Origin: the human T2T-CHM13v2.0 reference genome, Homo sapiens
Strand: one strand, 5' to 3'
Assembly: GCF_009914755.1 (NCBI RefSeq)
Contig: NC_060929.1
Length of the DNA stretch: 64,000 nucleotides
A program made the position numbers and the translations under genes. Below, piece by piece: positions 56,096 through 64,000 of this stretch. How positions within the stretch are numbered: the first letter of the stretch is position 1; each line of letters begins with the position of its first letter. The notes beneath the pieces are model-generated. The model did no database searches. It had not been told where the DNA came from and saw nothing but the letters and a program-made list of their open reading frames with translations.

Positions 56096-56403
56096 GGCTG
56101 GGTGCCGTGGTTCACGCTTGTAATCCCAGCACTTTGGGAGGAAAAGGATGGCAGATTGTGTGAGCTCAGGGGTTCAAGACCATCGTAGGCAACATGTTGA
56201 AACCCTGTCTCTACCCAAAAAAATACAGAAAATTAGCCAAGCATGGTGGTGTGCCTGTTCCTGTTGCTCAGGAGGCTGAGGTGGGAGGATTACCTGAGCC
56301 CAGGAAGTTGAGGCTGCAGTGAGCCATGATTGCACCACTGCCCTCCAGCTGGGTGACAGAGCAAGACCCTGTCTCAAAAAATAAAAAATAAAAATTAAAA
56401 AAA
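56096..56403 (+). mobile_element. AluJb-like, full length
   Basis: gggaggattacctgagcccaggaagttgaggctgcagtgagccatg; A-rich tail. Confidence 0.9.
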
Positions 56404-56577
56404 CGGAGTACAGAGACTATATACCACAGTATAGAGGCCATTCCCCTGTCTCTTTTTCCTAGGATGTAGTAAGAAGGTCCACTCCTGTGAGCAGTCCCAG
56501 GGTCCCGGGTAAGATTTCTTGGTTATACTCCCAATAAGGGTGGCACTTTGGCCAGAGGAGTTTTACCAGGGACAGAG

Positions 56578-56841
<264 letters not shown>

Positions 56842-57399
56842 TCAATTTTTTCTAAAATTCATAGGAGACACATACATCCTTGGGTTTCTGACATATAGGT
56901 ACACTGATGAACAAAATTTTTTAATTCCTAATTAGCCAGTAGGAATTCCACAGATCTGCTCTGAAATACAATCATATTTATTTCTATAAGGCAGAATCTT
57001 CTTTTTCTTTGAAGTCAATCTCCTTTTGTGAAACTTTCCTCAAACCTAACCTCCCTCTATCACCCCATCAGCAAAAACTAATGTTTCCACTCTTTGCTAC
57101 CATTGCATTTTTACATGTTCCTGTTACACAATTTATGGTGCATTCTGCCTAGCTGTGTACTCATCTATCCCCGGACCAGTCCCTGGGAGTCTTGAGTGGA
57201 GAAGAGGGATAGTGTTATTTATCTTTGAAACCACAGTATCTTATACATTATACACACTCAACAAAAGTTTTTGTTGACTGACTCATGTCTTTGGGTTTAT
57301 GTTCTCTCTTTTCGCCACACTCCTTTCACAAGACCTGATCATAAGACCTGTGGCATCCTATACCAGCAGAACGTTTACAGTATCTACCATAATAATGAT

Positions 57400-57630
57400 A
57401 ATAATAATAATAATTGCTTACATCAGTTGACCCAATTATTTTATATTTGGTGCTGTTCTAAGCACTTTATATGGATTACTTTCATTTAATCCTCTTGGTA
57501 GTCCCATTTGCAGATGAGGAAACTGAGGCATAGAGAGGTTAGATAATTTGCTCCAGGCACATGAGCACTCAGTAGCAGGGCAAGGCCCCTGACCCAGTCT
57601 GACTCTAGAGCCGGTGCTTGCAATTACCAT
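57400..57630 (-). mobile_element. MIR
   Basis: cccatttgcagatgaggaaactgaggcatagagaggttagataatttgc core. Confidence 0.85.
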
Positions 57631-58530
57631 AATGCCTGGGTTTACCTGACTGCCTGTCTTGTACTCCCCTATTTGCATCTGATAATTGTGAATTCATTCC
57701 AGAGGAATACCAAGAACCCTAGTTAATTTGTTAGCCAATTATTTTCACTGACTTTATTCTACAAATTTGTTATGGTATCCTTTGTGAAATTAATTTGCAA
57801 AACTTGGGTAAGCAAAGTTAAAATGGTTCTTTATTGCACTAATCCTCAAAGCCTTTAGTATTATTAAAGCATTTTGTGCATCTCCAAAGGGGACCTTTGT
57901 GTACACTGTTTCCCAAACTTATTTAACTAGAGATAATTTTCCCCCATAAGACTCTTTTAGCTTATTGAAGAATTAAGGTTTTGTTTTTTTAATGTAGTTT
58001 GTAAGAGAAGCTAGCTAATGCCCTTGGGCGGTTGCCAAGAAATTTCTCAGGTCTTGAATATTTAGGTAAATCCTTATTTTTGACACTTTCTTATTTAGTC
58101 ATAAATAGGGTGACCACTTACATTCTGGGTCAGTCACAGATCTGTTGTCATGGTGTAATTACTAACAGCACTGTTTCCAAAAGTATTCCCTTTGGATGAT
58201 AAATTATCTGATCACTCTAATCATAATACTTGCCCCCCAACCATTAAATAAAGACCTACTTTACATACTTGCTACCTTCTCATCACTTACTGAAGGATCC
58301 TTACTGATAATGTGTGTGTGGGAACAAAGGTCATAGCCCGTATTTCTCCAGCATTTTACCATTTTATGTCCTAGTTTTATGTGGAATTATGGACACATAT
58401 ACAGTTTATATTCTTTCATCACTCAAAAGTTGCATTTCTTAAGAATTGCAAGCCTCCAAGACTTCTTTGCACTGCTCAGTATCTATTCATGTATTTGCTT
58501 AGTTATGCAGGGAGAAAAAAAACAAATCTA

Positions 58531-59039
58531 AGTTGTCTCTTGGAAGCAAGGGCAAGGGTTGAGGGTCAGAACTGCAGTGGGTGGCAAAGATGAGAAAGAG
58601 CTTTTCCATTCTGTATATTCTGACTTTTGAACAATGTAAGTATATTGTCGTTTTAGGTTATATTTTAAAATGCTTATAAACTGCTCAAGTTCTTCCCTGG
58701 AAGCTATTTCAAGCCCAGCTGGGTTGATCTTCCTTATGGTCTGTTTCTTCCCTGCAGGGAGACCTGGTCCCTTTCTTTTCTTTCATCTTACTTCACTTAG
58801 CTAGACATTATTAGATCTTCCTATACTAAAAGAAGAGGAAGCTTCTTTTCTTAAGCTCATGTATTATAGTGTAACAGCTTGGAGTTGGACATATCTGAGT
58901 TCAAGTTAATCTCTGCCACTTACTGTAAGACCTTGAGATAGTAACTTAATTTCTCTGGGCCTCAGTCACCTCATTTCTAAAATGAGTATAATAATAACCT
59001 CCTTCCTAGGGTTGCCGTAAAGCTTCAGTAAGATAACGT
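58531..59039 (+). repeat. Probable donor of the inverted duplicate at 2590-3094
   Basis: Reverse-complement match to 2590-3094; includes a MIR (~58870-59030) that appears to continue beyond the adjacent Alu. Confidence 0.95.
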
Positions 59040-59341
59040 GGCCCGGCACGGTGGCTCACGCCTGTAATCCTAGCACTTTGGGAGACCGAGGCGGGTGGAT
59101 CACCTGAGGTCAGGAGTTCGAGACCAGCCTGGCCAACATGGCAAAACCCCTTCTCTACTAAAAATACAACAATTAGCTGGGCGTGGTGGCATGTGCCTAT
59201 AATCAGCTACTTGGGAGACTGAGGCAGGACAGTTGCTTGAAGCCGGGGGGTGGAGGTTGCATTGAGCCGAGATTGTGCCATTTCACTCCAGCCTGGGCAA
59301 AAGAGCGACACTCCATCTTAAAAAAACATAAAAAATAAATA
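59040..59341 (+). mobile_element. AluS, full length
   Basis: TSD agtaagataac at 59027-59037 and 59342-59352. Confidence 0.95.
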
Positions 59342-61049
59342 AGTAAGATAACACAAGTTCTAGGCGGTTCCAGGGATAATGTAGTACAAATTCAAAAAAT
59401 GGGGGCTGCTGTTATTATTGTTATCACTGTAATCATTATTGCCTAGGGCAACCAATGAGTCTTGTGGATATAAACCTCTGGCTCTGACTTTGGGTAACCA
59501 CAAAATTCATTTCCCATAACCTCTATCCTAATATTTTGAGACTGACAGTCTTTGAGGTCCAACCATACTGCTTTATACTAACATCACCAAACTTTCTTCC
59601 ATTACTGGTATCAGAAACCTAGAAGCAGCAGGGATATTTTGTCAGAGTTTATGCCATAAAGAAGGTATCATATGATTCCTGGGGCAAATTGATAGAAAAA
59701 GAGCAGAGATGGGGTCTGATATGAAGTTAGAGGAGTTGAAACTCAGGAAATGACATTTTCAAAATCGTCATAAAACTAAGCCACAGGAATAAAAGATACA
59801 CGGTTGAACTCAAAATCATGATGAAGAGATTCCAGAATTAAAGCCTGAGATCACAGAGGGAAAGGCTTCATCCTGTTTTCTTCAAGGCATCATTTTTCTT
59901 GTCCACGAATTTGGCAAATAAGGGATGTAAGGAGAAATGGCCTAGTACACTGCTGGATCTTTTCAGATTTATAAGTCATTAAATCTCATTTAAGCCACAC
60001 CAACTTGAAATGACCTCCAGTGTAGAAGATGAGAAAACTGTGTTTCAAATAAATTGCACCCAAGTTTACAACCTGGGACTCTTGACTTTGAGCCTTTTGT
60101 TTCCATCCATGCTGTTCTTAATTGGCTTCACGCCCTGCTGTTGGATCTCTGGTTCTCTGGGAGGCTTCAGAAACTGCATGAGAACGCTGTGACTTCTAAA
60201 GTGACCTTGTCAGCCCCTGTGGCTTTTAACTGTGGCTTTATTTTTGGCCCATTACCTTTGCATCTTGCTGCTGTTGCATAGCTTTTCATGGATGTTGACT
60301 AGGCTTCTCCTCTTGTCTTGTAGTAGGCTCTCATTCTGTTCGTGATAGGCCAGTTTTCTCTAGGCAGAATACCCCTATTTTAACTAGCAGAGTCCTCGTA
60401 GTACTAAATCTATTGCTAACAAGAAAGTAAGCACCTTAAAAAAAGAGAAATTCCCTTCTAAAGAAAGTTTTTAATATGTTATATATTTTAAATATCATTA
60501 TGAAAGAGAAGATGTAACTCCTTATTAGCTGAACTATGTGAGGTCTCCGTTTTCACCCAGCCATCTGGCATTTTGCATTTCTCAGTTCATGATACTACCA
60601 GAAGGAATTAATTTTGGCCAAATGTGATTCTGTACTAAAGAGCATCAGAATGTATTTGAAGTTTAATTTGTTGTGTTCTTTAACCTATGAAGAAGGCTGT
60701 TCTGTGATAGGGATTGTGTGAAACACATCTATGTGGTCCATGTCCATTTATCTCTGGAACAACTCCAAAAAGTGGGGATCATTGTACTTATCTTACAGAT
60801 GAGGAAGCCGAGTACCAGTAATATCCCTGAGCAGTGTGGCAGTTCATGGAACCATTAGCTACAGAGTATTTGGACTTTTATAAGTATACTATAGTTTTCC
60901 AGGACCCTGGGGAAATAAGTTGCCACAGAAAAAGAACACTAGTGCATTAAAGGTTCATACTGCAGTCTTTTTAAAAAAAATGTTTTCGGTGGAAAACATT
61001 CTAATATGTGTTACAAGGTATGTTTTTTAAGAGGATAAATTCATGACTC

Positions 61050-61418
61050 TCATATAAATACAAATTGCACATATTGAAGATTTTACTTAACTCATTTATT
61101 AATGAGGGAACCAGTAAGCTCTTATATTTGGTTCAAGGAGGATCTTAAGAGCAGTCAAACAAGAAAATCAGGAATCAATTGCATGCAGCTCCACTGAACA
61201 CATTTTATTTGTGTCTGTATGTAGAAGAGCCATTTGCAATATTATCAGTTTTCTACAATTTACAGAGTATAAAATAGCTAAGCGAAGGACAATAAAGGGA
61301 ATCTGGAAGAGTGCCTTAGACAATTCCTAATACTCCCGTCAAAAGAACCCAGTGTTTTGTTTTGTTTTGTTTTGTTTTGCGGGGGAGGAGTATTTCAAAG
61401 TCACCATTTTCTCTGACA
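61050..61418 (-). mobile_element. ERV1-type LTR (LTR37-like), degenerate
   Basis: ttacttaactcatttattaatgagggaaccagtaag and terminus ttttctctgaca. Family name from recall. Confidence 0.5.
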
Positions 61419-61796
61419 TGTCTTCTTTACTATGTTGCCTTTTAAGGTTAGCATGTATTTTTCTGGAGTATAAGAAACAGAGTGAATGACTTAGCTTGCC
61501 ACTGTAATGGTGCCTGTCACTGGTTCTTAACCACTTGGGGGGATGTGCATATACCCCAAAATGTGCATTCCGTATCAGGTTAAGGACTTCAGATGTATTG
61601 ATTCTCCCAAGACTATGTTCTGTGTGACAGCCTCCATCTGTGTGGCATAAGGCCAATTTTGGGATTAAGGTGCCTGGCACTTGTCTTCTCTCTCTAGTTG
61701 ATAAGATTGCCTCCAGCTTGCTGCCATGGTCGTTGCTTCTGACCCTTCCAGGGCAGCCCCCTTTAGAGTTCATATCTGTGCTGCTTCTACTGGGTC

Positions 61797-61858
61797 TCCC
61801 TCCCTCCCTCCCTCCCTCTCTTTCCTTCCTTCCTTCCTTCTCCCTCTCTCTTTCCCTC
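61797..61858. repeat. Polypyrimidine (CCCT/CCTT/CT) low-complexity tract
   Basis: About 60 nt of only C and T. Confidence 0.9.
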
Positions 61859-63462
61859 TGTTGTTTCTTCTCTATGCTGTTGAATTTCTGACTTTGGGAT
61901 TTTGAGTATGAAAGCTGGTGACACTGACACATCACTAGCTACTCCGAGCGTTCATTGCTTTTCTCTGGAGCACTGCCAAATCTCCATGTAGGGAGGTCAA
62001 CTCTTCGCCTGCTGACTTCTTATGACAGGGTTCGTTGTTTGTTCTGGCCACTTTCTTATCACCAAAGCTGACTTTTTACTAAGTCCCATTAGATTTAGAA
62101 TTATTTAGATACAAGAGAGCTAAGGTTTTATATATTTATTTAAAGAACTTTTATTAACAGACAACAGCCAGACATGCTTTCCAAATTATTATCTTTTCTA
62201 TCCTTCCTAATATTGGAAACCTGGATCGAGTTTTAACTAGGCAAGAATTTGCAATGTATGTACATCTGTTGTCATCACTGTTAAAGAGTCCCAAGTATAA
62301 TAGATTTGAGGGGAAAAAATTATGTATTTACTGGTAAGACTGTAAAGAAAATGATTTGAGTACTTTATTAGAAAATTCTCAGTGGGAGTAGTTATGTTAT
62401 GGGGCATTTTTGTTAATTTTCATAAAACTAAGTATTAATAACAAAGGACTTTTTTTTCCTTCTGAGCATATTTTTTCTTGAATATTTGGGTCAGTATATT
62501 TTAACCATATTTATCTCTAACTTTATAATTTTGATGCTAAAGCCAGAATTCCCTAAATATCACTTTGCCTTACAGCAAATGTTGCTGAAATGGCCAAGGG
62601 AGGAGATACAGAGACAGAGAGGGAGGGAGGTAAGATAAGTAATGTAAAATAACATTTACACCCTATTTCTAGAAAATAATCTTAAACAGTTTTAATGTGG
62701 TGGTAATGCTTTGTATTTTTTTTTAAATACAGCATTATTCTTCATTAATGAACAATTTACATGTCTGTTTCCAAACACAAGTGAATTGATCTTAAGAGGC
62801 AAAAAACTGAATGAATATTTTCAGCACTTTCTCCTTGGGGAACATCTCCTGTTTACATCTTAGTTGCTTCCCAGGACATGCCTTAGGTATCCCTCTGGCA
62901 CATGTCTAAACATAGATCCAGCCAGAAGTAGAGGTGGGCCTGTGTTTAATCTCCTGCTACAGTTCAAGTCAGAACTACACCTTGCTTTTACTCTAAATAT
63001 TTGCATTATTGTCCTTGGATGTTTTCCCATTATGCACAACAAATCTCTCCTCTTTAAAAGAACTGGTTGATGACAGTAAGAGAAATCATACTCTGGAGCG
63101 CACTTAGAGGGAAGAAAAACCACATGTTTAGTGAGGTAAAACAAATACCTGTTTTTCTACCTTTTAATACAACAAACAAAAACACCCACTAATGTATTTA
63201 CAACTCTCGTTTTACAGGCCAACATGTTTTCATAGAAAAGTATTTGAGTATATTGTGGATGAGATAGGGGAAATTGATTGCTGCTTCTGGACCAGCCACT
63301 CTCTAGGCCTGCAAGTTGACACAGTGAACATGATACACAGAATCTTTGCTCTCAGAGTTTAAATCCTAGTAGGGAGAGGCAGACAATAAAAATGTAGGCA
63401 AATGAAGAGGATTTAAGGAACAAGGAGGTGTGATAGTTAGCAAAGAACTTACATGAAGCATC

Positions 63463-63780
63463 TTTTTTTTTCTTTTCTTTTCTTTTCTTTTCTGAGACAG
63501 GGCCTTGCTGTGTCGCCCAGGCTGGAGTACAGTGGCATGATTATAGCTCACTGCAGCTCTGTAGCCTTGAACTCCTGGGCTCGGGCAGTCCTCCCACCTC
63601 AGCCCCCTGAGCAAATAGGACTACATGCCCAGCTATTTTTTTTTTTTTTTGAGTTTTTTTTGTAGAGACAGGGTCTTGCTATGTTGCCCAGGCTGGTCTC
63701 AAAGTCCTGGGCTCAAGTGATCCTCCCACCTTATCCTCCTAAAGTGCTGGGATTACAGGTGTGAGCCACTGCGCCCGGCC
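63463..63780 (-). mobile_element. AluJ, full length
   Basis: Antisense J-type Alu with expanded middle T run. Confidence 0.92.
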
Positions 63781-64000
63781 CCATTTGCAAATTTCATTTC
63801 TTGAAACTCTGGCTGATATGTGAAAAGAGATAGAAAGGGGTTTGGACTAGGCTGCTGTCCGTGGAGATGGAGGGAAATGGATAGAATTCAGAGAAATGCA
63901 GGAGGAAGGTGGAATGGAAAGAACTTAATAATGGACTGGGTGAGGGAGAGAATGGTATGGTGGATGATCCCCAGGTCTCTGATTTGATTGAGCAAAAGGT

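Noticed and set aside
61339-61935. Longest ORF in the track (198 aa, minus strand), same length as canonical TNFAIP8
   Set aside because: Coincidence. It crosses a low-complexity tract (EREREKEGR), an LTR remnant and a (TTTTG)n repeat, with no resemblance to TNFAIP8 or any family I recognise.
62874-62917. p53-like half-sites (GGACATGCCT, GCACATGTCT); also 658-676 and ~49773
   Set aside because: Isolated half-sites or wrong spacing; no full 20-mer with two intact CWWG cores.

Overview
Primate (human or great ape) genomic DNA, mostly intron rich in Alu, MIR, L2, LTR and DNA-transposon remnants. I recognise it as the 5' part of TNFAIP8 (+ strand; human 5q23.1 from recall). Two short first coding exons translate to known TNFAIP8 N-termini: MTLPRYCEVVLLIAHGEKMLKL (8396-8462) and MHSEAEESKE (30927-30957, in a CpG island). 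A third candidate exon (MSKQPRLLLLCK, 30192-30228) has the same phase. The large shared coding exon (VATDVFNSK...) is not in the window. The ORF track appears to be noise (repeat or chance ORFs). I found no new protein-coding system. The most unusual structure is a chimeric insertion at 2262-3156, flanked by a target-site duplication (TSD): an Alu head, about 505 nt copied in inverted orientation from 58531-59039, and a full Alu. It creates an inverted repeat about 55 kb wide around all three first exons. Also notable are a second TSD-flanked chimera (56398-56798), two pre-miRNA-sized hairpins (4616-4687, 34457-34535) and uORF/start-stop elements in the TNFAIP8 leaders. Repeat subfamilies and boundaries are by eye and approximate.
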